DNA of 64,000 bases. Source: Octopus vulgaris (Eukaryota). The stretch lies in assembly GCA_951406725.2 (NCBI GenBank), contig OX597823.1, forward strand, positions 19,530,001-19,594,000, written 5' to 3'. Below are positions 50,521-62,419 of this stretch, in pieces. The stretch's first letter is position 1. Each line of letters begins with the position of its first letter. The position numbers and the translations under genes were made by a program. Below the pieces are notes generated by a model. That model did no database searches. It saw only the letters and a program-made list of their open reading frames with translations, and was not told where the DNA came from.

Positions 50521-51429
50521 TTAGCTTACTCAGTACCCAAACTAGTAAATGATTAGCTCACATAAACTATTTCTAAATACCTGGAACAACCAGGTAAAAC
50601 ACTGCTCTTACTTTAACAACTAGGTTTCATTAATCTCATTAACAGTTTTCACTAGCAAATAATTAGGTCACACAAACCTCCATTAACAAACAACTAGGTC
50701 ATATACTAATAAAACTAACAACATTTAGGTTATATATTAATAGAATTAAAAGAAACAGTTCACACCATCCCATTATATAACCAAAGATAGGTAACATATT
50801 ACTGGTGATAGAAAATGTCACACCACCCAATACCTTGGTCACACAATCATTACCGAATAGGTCATATATTACAGGTACCAGGAAATACTTAAACCCTTCA
50901 TTCCCTAAGGAGCATAAGTCATTGGCAACTTTACTCTGCTGGGCAGTAAAGCCTTTTTCTCCCAAGTCTTGTCAGTTTTGAATTGTCATTGACACTCTGG
51001 TAACATTGTTTTTTTCTAGGTAGAAGAGTTGGTCCCAATTAATCTGGTTGTTATCCTTTCACTTGAGCCCCACCCCCACCAGAAAATTGCACTCTGCTGG
51101 ACAAGCTCTCAGTCGTTGAGGCATGTGCAAGCCACCATAGGGCAATAAGGACTGGACCTTGTGGTGGACAAGGAAACTGGTGGCATAGTGTTCTCATCAG
51201 CAAAGCAATTAGGTCACAACTACATCAAGAAACAACAGGGCTGTTTCACTAGGTCACATTGCCATCACTAACAGACAACTATGTCACATTGTAAACTCAC
51301 TATGGAAAAAAAAACAGCAAAAAAAGTCATCTATTGCACAAAGTAGGTCACTAAAACAACTCAGACAAAAGAAGGCTCCACATTGACCCCACAAACAATT
51401 AAGCTATTTGGCAAACTCACAAACAACTA

Positions 51430-52045
51430 TAATCCTTTCTTATATAGGCAAAAGGCCTGAAATTCAGGGGAGGGAGATAGTCAATTACAGTGACCCCAGT
51501 ATGCAACTGGTACTTAATTTATTGGCCCTGGAAGGATGAAAGACAAAGTTGACCTTGGCAAAATTTGAACTCAGAACGTAAAGCCAGACAAAATACTGCT
51601 AAGCATTTAGCCCTGTGTGCTGACAATTTTTTTTCTACTCTAGGCACAAGGCCTGAAATTTTGGGGGAGGAAGCCAGTCGATTAGATCAACACCAGTATG
51701 TGACTGGTACTTAATTCATTGACCCTGAAAGTATGAAAGGCAAAGTTGACCTTGGCAGAATTTGAACTCAGAATGTAAAGGCAGACGAAATGCTGCTAAG
51801 CGTTTCGCCCTGTGTGCTGACAATTCTTTTTTCTTTCCTACACTAGACACAAGGCCCAAAATTTTTGGGGAGGGAGCCAGTCGATTAGATCAACACCAGT
51901 ATGCGACTGGTACTTAATTTATTGACCCCAAAAGGATGAAAGGCAAAGTTGACCTTGGTGGAATTTGAACTCAGAATGTAAAGGCAGACGAAATGCTGCT
52001 AAGCATTTCGCCCAGTGTGCTAACAATTCTACCAGCTCACCACCA
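51430..52045 (-). mobile_element. Tandem trimer of SINE family B
   Basis: Three units of about 200 bp; two junctions share ccctgtgtgctgacaatt. Confidence 0.85.
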
Positions 52046-53170
52046 GATGACAAACAACTATAATGACACATTGCCTTCACGAACAACTCATATAAAAAAT
52101 TGTTCACTAAATGTACACCTCCCTCCCCCATTCCACACACATGGATTTTCCTGAAGTATTTCAAAGGTTGAGTGCGTCATTTGTTCATCTTACTTAAATG
52201 GTAATCCTCAGGAAACTGCATGACAAGGACTGGTCTTTGAATAATGGTACATCAATGGGATTGAACCAGAGACCTTATGACTGAAAAACCAAACTTCTTA
52301 ATAACTTATGCACAGAAATATATATATATATAGTTGCAGGAGTGGTTGTGTGGCAAGTAGCTTGCTTCCCAACAACATGGGCCCAGGTTCAGTTCCACTG
52401 CAAGGCACCTTGGGCAAGTGTCTTCTACTATAGTCTCGGGTTGACCAAAGCCTTGTGAGTGGATTTGAAAGATGGAAACTGAAAGAAGCCCATCATGTGT
52501 GTATATATATATATATGTTGGAGAAAAACTTAGCAATATTTATTCAAGTTTATACATTCTAAGTGCTTTGGGCATGAGTGGAAAGCTTATTTCTACCTGG
52601 TCAAACAAGATGGAGTCTTGTAAAACAAAGAAAAACAAAACCATGAAGGAAAGCAACAGAGAAACCTCCTGTATATTCCCATGTGAAACTCGCATGGTAA
52701 GTAGATAATACTTAAACAATTTGGGACGATCTACTAAGTTCAAGTGAGGCCAACGTTGGAGACAGTACTGTTGCTACTACACATGTTGATATTCTGGATT
52801 GCAACCAGAGAAAAGCCACTTACAGATATTCCAGCTTCTAACTCACAGCTGTGCAGTCTCTCTCGCTCTCTCCCTCTCAGCTTTTTCTACTGTTACAATA
52901 TAACAATATATAGTTAGAATGGTCTTGTGCTTACTCCACTTGGAGCATTATCCCAGTGGTATTTCCTGCCTGTGCATGTCTCACAGATTCAACTTGGAAC
53001 AGTTGAAACAGAACATTAAACAATACCAGTCGTGAAGGACCTGCAAAGTGCCATGTGCATTAACTCCTTTCATTCAGAATCATCAAACACAAAAAGTCAT
53101 CCTTCGCTGACTGATAGCAGAAGAAAAACAAAATAAAACACACAAGAAATCTGTTGCTATTAGTAATATA

Positions 53171-53387
53171 CGAGGGCGTACGGAAAAGTTCCTGGCTTTG
53201 GGTAAAAGAAAATACAGGCATATCAGTTAATCGTAATTTTATTCAACATATTCCCCTCTCAGATTCACACATTTATTGCAGCGGTCCTTCAGTTTTTCTA
53301 AGCCCTGAAAAAGAACTTGGAAGGCTGGACCTCCAACCAGACCTTTCATGATACCCTTAAATCCAGGAACTTTTCAACACCCCCTTG
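53171..53387. mobile_element. Mariner-type MITE
   Basis: TA|CGAGGGCGTACGGAAAAGTTCCTGG...CCAGGAACTTTTCAACACCCCCTTG|TG. Confidence 0.78.
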
Positions 53388-53420
53388 TGTGTGTGTGTGT
53401 TTGTGTGCGTGTGTGTATGT

Positions 53421-53456
<36 letters not shown>

Positions 53457-53460
<4 letters not shown>

Positions 53461-53730
53461 GCAGCGTGGAAGGTGTTTGTAAGCCATCTAAGAAACACAC
53501 AAAAGCCGTTCGATTCACTTCAACATTTAAGTTTAATTTGTCAAAATATTTTCGTCGCTAAAATCCATGACCTGTTCACTGGCAAAAATCCGTGCTGCAT
53601 TTTTTTGTCAGTGAACAGGTCGCGGTCTTAAAGTGACGAAAATATTTTGACAAACTTAAATGTTGAAGTGAATCGAACGGAATTTTGTGTGTTTCTTAAA
53701 TGGCTTACAAACACCTTCCACGCTGCAATT
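53457..53730. mobile_element. Palindrome of about 274 bp, probably an inverted Penelope-like terminus, with a hammerhead-like scaffold in each arm
   Basis: aattgcagcgtggaaggtgtttgtaagcca...tggcttacaaacaccttccacgctgcaatt; arms of about 130 bp with a spacer of about 12 bp, within (TA)n. Confidence 0.7.
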
Positions 53731-53737
53731 GTTTTCG

Positions 53738-53829
53738 TTTCAGCACATGATCTCAGATCAAATCACTTGCTATGCGAGTACATTTCAGCACATGATCTCA
53801 GATCAAATCACTTGCTATGCGAGTACATC
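53738..53829. repeat. Direct tandem duplication of a 44-bp unit
   Basis: ttcagcacatgatctcagatcaaatcacttgctatgcgagtaca occurs twice. Confidence 0.93.
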
Positions 53830-54802
53830 TATATATATATATATATATATAAAGTCGAAAGACGCCTGTTATTTCTTGTTGTATTCATAATTGTGTACCA
53901 TGTTTTGTTTGTTTCTTTGTTTTTCTGTCTTTGTTGCCGTACACAGTTGCTAGCTTTCTTACAAAAGGGTCTAATGCTCTTAGCTTAGACTTTTTGGGGG
54001 ACAACTATATCAAACCACCTCAAGTGTAACTCTCCGAAATGGTCTTGACTTCTGGTTCTTGACTGAAGAAAGAAAGCCAAGAATGACCCGTCTTTTTTTG
54101 CCTGTCCTAATTGTTGTTCGCCTTTGTATCGTCTATCTGTCCAAACGTTTTAATGTCCCCTATTGCATCTTTGTTCCATTTTTATATATAAATATACATA
54201 TATATATATATATATATATTTTGTGAAATTTGATTTAGTATTTCTAAATTGAATTTTTCCCTGTAAGTTTGGAATAATATTCCCTCATATTATATATATA
54301 TATATTTATATATTAATATAAGAAAAGAAAGAAAAAATATTGTGGATACTTGTATTATTTGTATTACAAGAGCATAGCAAATAGTTTAATACAAATAAAA
54401 CTTAAAGGAACATTAATTAACATAAAATAAGCATAAAAAGTGCTAAGTTATGGAGACATAAACATACCAACACTGGTTGTCAAACAGCAATGGCGGACAA
54501 ACATAAACACAAAGACACACACACACATGGCAGGCTTCTTTCAGTTTCCATCTACCAAATTTACTCACAAGGCTGTAGTCAGCCTGAGGCTATAATAGAA
54601 GACACTTGTTCAAGGTGTCATGCAGTGGGATGGAACCTAGAAGTAAGCTTCTTCCCATGCGGTCACACCAGTGCTTTAATCATCATCATCATCAACATTC
54701 AATGTTCGTTTTCCATGCCAGCATGAGCTGGACGGCTTGACAGGAACTGGCAAGGCCAGTGGTCACACCAGGTTCTATAGTCTGTTAATGGTAAATCTCA
54801 AA

Positions 54803-55033
54803 GGCGACGAGCTGGCAGAAGCGTTACCACACCAGGCGAAATGCGTAGCCGTATTTCGTCTGCCACCACGTTCTGAGTTCAAATTCCGCCGAGGTCGACT
54901 TTGCCTTTCATCCTTTCGGGGTCAATTAAATAAGTACCAGTTATGCACTGGGGTCGATGTAATCCACTGAATTTGTTTGTCTGTCCTTGTTTGTCCCCTC
55001 TGTGTTTAGCCCCTTGTGGGTAATAAAGAAATA
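54803..55033 (+). mobile_element. Full-length SINE family B monomer, tail type 1
   Basis: A box TGGCAGAAGCG, B box GAGTTCAAATTC and a 13-bp TSD GGTAAATCTCAAA at 54790-54802 and 55034-55046. Confidence 0.93.
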
Positions 55034-55846
55034 GGTAAATCTCAAAAACTTTAAAATATGAAGTTTAAAACCAACAACAACCCAGTGGTGGTGGTCTCAG
55101 ACAGATTGGTGCCAAATCAGTTAAAATACTTTTGGCATCGAGACTTCCTTCAGTTCAATGCATGAAAGACAACCAATGGCCACCAGGTCAGGGTTTTTTT
55201 TTTTAGTTTATTTTCCAAATATTTTTAGCCCCAATTCCAAAGGAAAAAGAAAAACAAACTAATAATAAAATACAGTAACACTATTACATGCAAAGCCCTT
55301 ATCCGCCACCACACATACACACACACACAGAGAATAGAACCAAACTAATTATGTTGTAAATGAGCTGAAGTCTAGAAGCACTTAAGACATTCACCAATGA
55401 TAAGGTAGCAACTAAGGGATGACATAATAGTTACTGCATAACTGATTCTCAATAAGAGAAGTTAACGCCCATCTGGAAGCCAACACACACAAATACACTA
55501 CAGGAAGTAGTGTACATGAAGTGTGTGTAAATATATATGAGCATGTGTGCATGTGCATGTATGTAGATACACATACATGCTGTATGTATATATACAGACA
55601 CATATATACTGTGTAGATATATGTGAGGGTGTAAGTAAAACATAAGCTAACGACAGGATGTTCGTGTGTCTGTATGTATGTATATATGCATGCGTGGATG
55701 TGTGTCTATGTGTAGAAGTATAACATACACAAATACACTGTAACTACAGGATGTATGTTGGAGTATGCACTGGGTGAATGAGTCTTTTTAATATATAAAT
55801 ATGGGTATGCATGCATATATAATTGTGTGTGTGTGTGTGTGTGTAT

Positions 55847-56249
55847 ACTCTCTTTTACTCTTTTACTTGTTTCAGTCATTTGACTGCGGCCATGCTGGAG
55901 CACCGCCTTTTAGTCGAGCAAATCGACCCCCAGGACTTATTCTTTGTAAGCCCAGTACTTATTCTATTGGTTGCTTTTGCCGAACCGCTAAGTGACGGCG
56001 ACGTAAACACACCAGCATCGGTTGTCAAGCAATGCTAGGGGGACAAACACAGACACACAAACATATATATATACATACATATATACGACGGGCTTCTTTC
56101 AGTTTCCGTCTACCAAATCCACTCACAAGGCTTTGGTCGGCCAGAGGCTATAGTAGAAGACACTTGCCCAAGATTCCATGCAGTGGGACTGAACCCGGAA
56201 CCATGTGGTTGGTAAGCAAGCTACTTACCACACAGCCATTCCTGCGCCT
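55847..56249 (-). mobile_element. Full-length SINE family A
   Basis: Reverse complement of the family A consensus. Confidence 0.92.
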
Positions 56250-56740
56250 ATGTGGATATTTGCAATAAATTGGTAGAATCATGAAAGCATAAAACAAAAT
56301 GCTTTGTAGTATCCGTTCCAGCTCTCTGCACACACAGCCCAAATCCTCCTGGGGTCAACTTCGCCCTTCATTCTTTCAGCGGGGTTCTTAAAATAAAGGA
56401 CCAGTTCAGATTGGTGGATCGGAAGATATTCTTTCCCAGCTCTTCGCCTTCTTACCCCTACCGGTCTTGGAAGCCCAAGAGAAAAAGTAGAGAAGTAGTA
56501 AGTACCAGTCTCCCTCCCTGACTAAACAGTAGAGAAAGGGGAGGGAGGGGCAGCACCATGGGCTGCTATTTCATCTTTCATGGGTTTTTCTTGGTCTTAA
56601 CCTCACAAGAGAGCGCTTGGGGGTGATGGTACTGGGTGCTTAGTAGTATCATAAGGTTTCTTAGATATATTAATATTTAACCCTTTAGCATCCAGATTAC
56701 TTTCTCAAACACAATGTTTATTTCAGTTCTGTATATTTAA

Positions 56741-56960
56741 CCCTTTAGTGTTCAGATTACTCTGTTAAATATAATACTTTTTCACTCAAATTGTTTTGAA
56801 TTACTCATGCATTATCTTATAGCTTTGGGGTTTCAGTGATGTGATTGTTTATTTTTAGCATGACATTGTAGGTTAGGTGTGAGAGGCTAGATATCGCCAG
56901 TTTGAATATAAAACATATAGAATATTTGGGCTGGATATGGCCGGTTTAAATACTAAAGGG
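56741..56960. mobile_element. piggyBac-type MITE, family P1, preceded by a partial copy at about 56681-56724
   Basis: TTAA|CCCTTTAGTG...TACTAAAGGG|TTAA. Confidence 0.9.
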
Positions 56961-57654
56961 TTAAGAGATGAGGAATTATGTACAATATTTACATTTGACG
57001 GTTTGCAATAAGACATGTTAAAAATAAAAGCTTTTTTAAGCTTAAAAAACAAATTAAGTAATCATCATTATTATTTTGCAATAGTAAAAAAAAAAATAAT
57101 AATTTTAAATTTACCAATACGTACATGCGATTTCATTCACGAAACTACACTACTTTATGGTGTGCGTCTTAACATTTACTGTACGTCTTTTAATATGATT
57201 TTATGTTTTTTTTTTCTTATTTATTGTACAGCAACATGATTTTATGTGCTTTTAATGGTTTTCTAGTGATTTTATGATTTCAATATCTGTGGCGGACAGA
57301 TGTAAAGTCAAGTAAAATTACTTAACTTGATTTTTATTTTTCTATGTATTATTTTTGAAAACTGATGTATAATCGAGAATGACTTAGATCAAAATGACTT
57401 AAGCCAAGGTATGCCTGTACACCTACAAGTAATTTTGATTCATTAATACTTGGTAATAATGCTAATAGTATTTTATTTATGTGCATTATATAATTTATGT
57501 GCATAAATATAATTTCACAATGTAAATCTTTCCCTTCATTAGTAATTTCCAAGAAAATTTAACAAAGGGAGGCACTACACCATGCAAATATCTAAAAAGA
57601 GGCATACAATAGATGGAATAGCATAAGAAATAATTACTTAACCTTTATACAAAA

Positions 57655-58048
57655 CTAGCAGTATCGCCTGGCGTTGCTCGGGTTTGTAAGGGAAATAACT
57701 ATATAAGCATTTTTAGAGAGTTATAGCCAAAAAATAGCAAAAAAATGCATTAAAAATGGAAAAAAATGATGGTAATTTTTTATTTAAATCGTTGACTCAT
57801 CGAAGACATTTTTAGAGAGTTAATTCCCTTATATAATAGCGAAAAAATGCATTAAAATGGGAAAAATTATGGTAATTTTTTTTAAATCGTAGACTCATTG
57901 TAGATGCGCGCTAATACCCAGAAGGGCTCGATATGAATCACGACTATAAGATACCCGGTTTTGGTTAAACTGCACCGCAAAATGTGGGAGTAGTTAGGAA
58001 TCTAAATCGTAGGAGACAGCTACACAACTTCACTTTTATATATAAAGA
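57655..58048 (-). mobile_element. Non-autonomous Helitron
   Basis: Minus strand A|TCTTTATATATAAAAG...cccgagcaacgccaggcgatactgCTAG|T. Confidence 0.88.
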
Positions 58049-58936
58049 TTAGTTTCTGTTTGATTAAAATATTCAGCTTTACGTTTTGCAAGGCATAGGA
58101 CAGGGTGTTTGTAAAATGTCATTTGGTAAAGAGTGCCGTGTTACCAAAAGCTAAGAACTACTATTCTAGAGGGTGGCATTAGGCCCATGGACTTCATTGA
58201 CCTCTCTCCTCCACCTACACCTCACCCTTCTTTTAAAACTAATGAGACTGACATGGTTGATGGGTTCTTCTTGAACATGCTGATGGCTGCAGAAAAAAAA
58301 AACGTGAGCAAGTAGGGAATTCCAATGAGAGGACTTTCTAGGATGGAACGACTGGGAACTTCGGTTAATGCAGGACCTTGGGACACAATTTGGTGACTCG
58401 AGGAAGCAAGATGATTTGCTCAATTAGGGAGAAATGGAAGGTGGAAGAATATAACCCAAATTAGCTCTGACACTGAATTGGCTTTTAATTAAAGACATTT
58501 CTGCTGTGATCACCACCATTTCTTATTCAAGACATAGTGTATCTAAGACTACATTATCAGTTGTATCTTTTTTTTAAAAAAAAAACTGTGGTGTAAAAGT
58601 GATTTAACAGCTATTTCTACCAAGTCAAGTAAGCATAAATACTCCCTTGTAGTAGAAACATACATTTTTCCAAGCTAGCATCATCAGTGTTATGGCATTA
58701 CAGTTAGTATTATGTTGATCAATGCTGTTTCAGCCATGACCATCTCATCTTTTTTCTCAGGCATAACATATAAAGGACTACATAAACCAATACATACTTC
58801 CTTTTCTATGATGGTAGAGTGTAATTTGACTGTTATTTCTAGCAGACCGAATGAGCACAGAGAAGGAAATATTTTTAAAGCAAACAAACAAATAAAAAAC
58901 ATTTAAATATAAAATAAGAGTGTTTGTCCACATTAA

Positions 58937-59156
58937 CCCTTTTGTTACCAACCCGGCTGAAACCGGCTCTGGCTCTAAGTACAAATGTCTTGTTTTCATC
59001 AGTTTTAAATTAAAATCTTCCACCAAACCTTAGTCACAATTTATGTTCCTAATACTAGCTTAATGATAACTACGTTATTTCACTAAATTCTTTGTTATAT
59101 TTAAAATAGCTGAAAGAAACACAGAGCATCTCAAAATAAATACAGTAACAAAAGGG
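58937..59156. mobile_element. piggyBac-type MITE, family P2
   Basis: TTAA|CCCTTTTGTTAC...GTAACAAAAGGG|TTTT. Confidence 0.88.
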
Positions 59157-59341
59157 TTTTAAAGAGCTTTAGCAAGATTTGATAATAATAATCAATAATC
59201 CAACATCTTAGACTCATAATAAATACAATGCCTCGATTATTTTCTTTTTTATCAGCATCAAAGGAATGGTGATAAATGGTAAATCTATTGATAAAGGAAA
59301 AAAAAAAAAAATCAACAATATGCAGATTGCTCTTTCCTTAC

Positions 59342-59638
59342 CAAATTTTTCCTATGATCACTAGCCTGGTAATGTCCAACATTGTACCATGTTGCAATGA
59401 ATATCCACTTTGCATTGTAATTCCTACGATAGGGAAAATATTTACGAACTTCTGCTGAGGCTAAATCCAACAAGTTTTTGTCACTAGATTCCAAGTAGTA
59501 GACAGTACCACCGACATGTTCAATGTCAATATCTGCCCAAAATGGAGCAATCACTGGGAAGGAATTATTCCGAGGAAAGTCTACAGGAGTGTATGAACTT
59601 TCTTTATAAGTGAATGATATTATTCCATTAGTGTTCAC
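59342..59638 (-). CDS. Internal exon (297 nt, phase 0/0) of a NIDO-domain extracellular protein (SNED1/alpha-tectorin/nidogen/mesh-like)
   Basis: Translates VNTNGIISFTYKESSYTPVDFPRNNSFPVIAPFWADIDIEHVGGTVYYLESSDKNLLDLASAEVRKYFPYRRNYNAKWIFIATWYNVGHYQASDHRKNL, with the NIDO-region hallmarks VNTNGxISF, IAPFWADxD, GxVYY and W.FIATWxNV. Acceptor tttccatttgcAG|GTG and donor TTG|GTAAGG. Confidence 0.93.
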
Positions 59639-59728
59639 CTGCAAATGGAAATATGTAAAAATATTAAAACATAAGTTAAGCACATGAAAAAAAAAAAAAT
59701 GCAGAGATTACCATATATAGCATATTAA

Positions 59729-59949
59729 CCCTTTAGTGTTCGCATTATTCTACCAAGATTAATACTTTTTAATCCACATTGTTTTGAACTAATCATGCAT
59801 TATCTTGTAACTATGAAAATTTGATGAGGCAGATGTTAATTTTTAAAACGATATTGTAGGATTGGTGTGAGAGACCAGATCTGGCCAGTTTGAACATAGA
59901 ACAGGCAGAATACTTTTGGCCGGATATGGCCGGTTTAAATGCTAAAGGG
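59729..59949. mobile_element. piggyBac-type MITE, family P1
   Basis: TTAA|CCCTTTAGTGTT...AATGCTAAAGGG|TTAA; near-identical to 46819-47039. Confidence 0.92.
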
Positions 59950-60000
59950 TTAAATCATACTGTATAACAAATTTTCTTTTTCTTTTCTTTCTTCTTTTGT

Positions 60001-60430
60001 TTTTGGTTAGTAAGTGTTATTTCCTATTTGCTTCTGTCTAGAAGTCTAAGAAAATGATTACTATTCCCTTTAAACTTTGCTTTTGTTACCTGCACATCAA
60101 AGTTTTGAAACTGACCTATTTTCCATTACATTTCAGACAGATTCAGCGCTGAATTGCTGAAGCAGAAATATTATTAGAGCAAATATTCTGCTCAATAACA
60201 CAGATTTGCTTGTCATTTGCTTGACCTTAACCACTTGAACATGTCCCTTGACAATATATGCATCCCTGATCATGAGCAGGAGCAATGGGGGAATCATCAT
60301 AGCCATGTGTTAAGAGGGATTCTTTGGAGTTTGAGTAAATGTAACAAAAGCAAAGTTTGAAAGAAACATTACCCATTTTTCATACTTACTAAGGGTAAGT
60401 AAATAGGGATTAACAGTTGCTACCTAAGAA
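60001..60430. mobile_element. Old DNA-element remnant with degenerate long inverted arms
   Basis: aaactttgcttttgttac (about 60072-60089) pairs with gtaacaaaagcaaagttt (60341-60358); the interior resembles 3375-3490. Confidence 0.55.
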
Positions 60431-61497
60431 CAAAAATTGCATTATATAGAGCTATGAATTTAGTTTAAGCAATGGCAACAAATGTCACCTTGTATCAGAT
60501 ACCATATTTGATAGAATAAAAGACACAGAGGGCATATTAGATGCACACCAATTTCTGCAGCACATATTCAAGCACAAAAGTTTTTAGTACATTAAATCTT
60601 ATGGGAGGTCCAACTTCGCTTATTGGTGCCAGGGTGAATTTCTTGAGATATTCTTGAGGGAGGAAAGTGCATCTTATATGCCATCAGGTATGAAGTACAT
60701 TATTATATAGTATGCTGTGTACAATAGCTCTGTATTCTGAGGTACAATAGTTATGTATGTGGTACAGTAGTTATGGAGGTTACCGATAATAGGAGGAGAA
60801 GTTTGCAATGTTACTACAGCCATTTGTGTAGTGGAAACTCCTCAGCAAGACACATTAGCTTCCCTTGCTCCAGTTTGCTGGACTGAAACGGACTCCACCC
60901 ACTCCTACTTCACGGTTAAACAACAATATGAATGGCACCATCCAACTGTAAACATATAAACGAGCTACCACTACCACCCACCACTGCCACCACCACCACC
61001 GCTTGCCACCGCCACCACCACCCTACACACAAATTGAGAGGCAAACAGGGACAAATGAATGTCAAACAGTAAGATAAAATGAAAAAACAGATTTAGCAAA
61101 TAGAGTTAGTTTGCGGAGAAGTGGAACTGAACTATTGTAAATCCAAATCTCAGACTTTGGTATATACGAAGCCTACATCTTAACCAGAGTGGGATTGAAG
61201 AGCCTGAAGCACCTTCTCCATTGTGAAAGCCCGGTCTCTCATTATACGCCCATGTTATGACTGATTTGAAGTGGATTAAGGATCTTTATCTGAAGCTAAG
61301 TGAAACGTGTACAACAGGATGCAAACTAAAAACTGCTCTTATTTGTCAACATCCAGTGGTTTTCTTGGTGTGGCTGACTGTAACAAGTATACAGGATCTC
61401 TTGTAAACAGTAAAGTAATTGTTTAACTCTTGTGTTATGGAGTTCAGAGGACAATGGGCACAAGCTTCGATATGTGGTTGTTGTGATGAACAACAGA

Positions 61498-61556
61498 TGT
61501 TCAGACCTTACTACATAAGTTCAGACCTTACTACATAAGTTCAGACCTTACTACAT
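61498..61556. repeat. 20-bp minisatellite, about three units
   Basis: gttcagaccttactacataa repeated three times. Confidence 0.93.
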
Positions 61557-61682
61557 TGCATTGCCCCTATTACAGCTTATTGGAACTACATTCAAACAAA
61601 GACGGGAAAATGTAGGTAAAATATGTCAAAACAAAATAAAAGGAAGGGGCACAAAAACAAAATTGGACATGGTACTGGCCTA

Positions 61683-62017
61683 GGGTAGAGACCCTCTTTG
61701 GCCATGAATAAACATGGGATTGCACTTAGAAAGTTCCCCTCCGAGGCACAAGTCTGGGCAAAGTTGTTTAAAGAAGACCAGTAGTAGCCCATGCATATCA
61801 ACCTCTCCTCTCCATGCCACTGATGTTATCCACGGGTCGTTATCCAAAGGTCGTTACAGCTTGGCACCAGTGATGTCACAACTCATTTCTGCAGCTGAAT
61901 GAAGTAGAGCAACGTGAAATAAAGTATCTTGCTCAAGAACGCAATACAGCGTGGTCTGGGAATCGAACTCACTACTTCATGATTGTGAGCCCAATGCTCT
62001 AACTACTGAACCATGCG
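61683..62017 (-). mobile_element. SINE family D
   Basis: 13-bp TSD TGGTACTGGCCTA at 61670-61682 and 62018-62030. Confidence 0.9.
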
Positions 62018-62031
62018 TGGTACTGGCCTAA

Positions 62032-62419
62032 TCTTTATATATAAAAGAGAGGCTGTGTGCTGTCTGTCTTCTACGATTTAGATTCCTAACTACTCCCACA
62101 TTTTACGGTGCAGTTTAACCGGGTATCTTATAGTCGTGATTCATATCAAGCCCTTCTGGGTATTAGTGCACGTCTACGATGAGTCTACGATTTAAAAAAA
62201 AATTTACCATCAATTTTTTCCCATTTTTAATGCATTTTTGGCATATATAAGGGAAGTAACTCTCTAAAAATTTATTAAATCTCAGAATGTAAAAAGCTAC
62301 AGTAACCCCCCCCCTTTGTGGTTAGCCATATTGAGATGGCTATTTTACTTTACATCTCTAAAAATGCTTATATAGTTATTTCCCTTACAAACCCGAGCAA
62401 CGCCGGGCGATACTGCTAG
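62032..62419 (+). mobile_element. Non-autonomous Helitron
   Basis: A|TCTTTATATATAAAAG...cccgagcaacgccgggcgatactgCTAG|T; same family as 57655-58048. Confidence 0.88.

Larger units (their letters stand above)
11323..59341 (-). other. GT-AG intron of about 48.0 kb in the NIDO-domain gene
   Basis: Joins ...HRKNL to RNTFQ... in frame, with no NIDO sequence missing between the two exons. No other credible exon was seen inside it. Confidence 0.8.

Noticed and set aside
50699-50965. 88-aa non-repetitive ORF
   Set aside because: Non-ATG start, no recognisable domain and no convincing splice sites.
54045-54085. tcttga CTGAAGA aa GAAA gc caaga hammerhead-like remnant
   Set aside because: Stem II and the cleavage triplet are missing; too degraded to call, although it lies in a (TA)n-flanked PLE-like segment.
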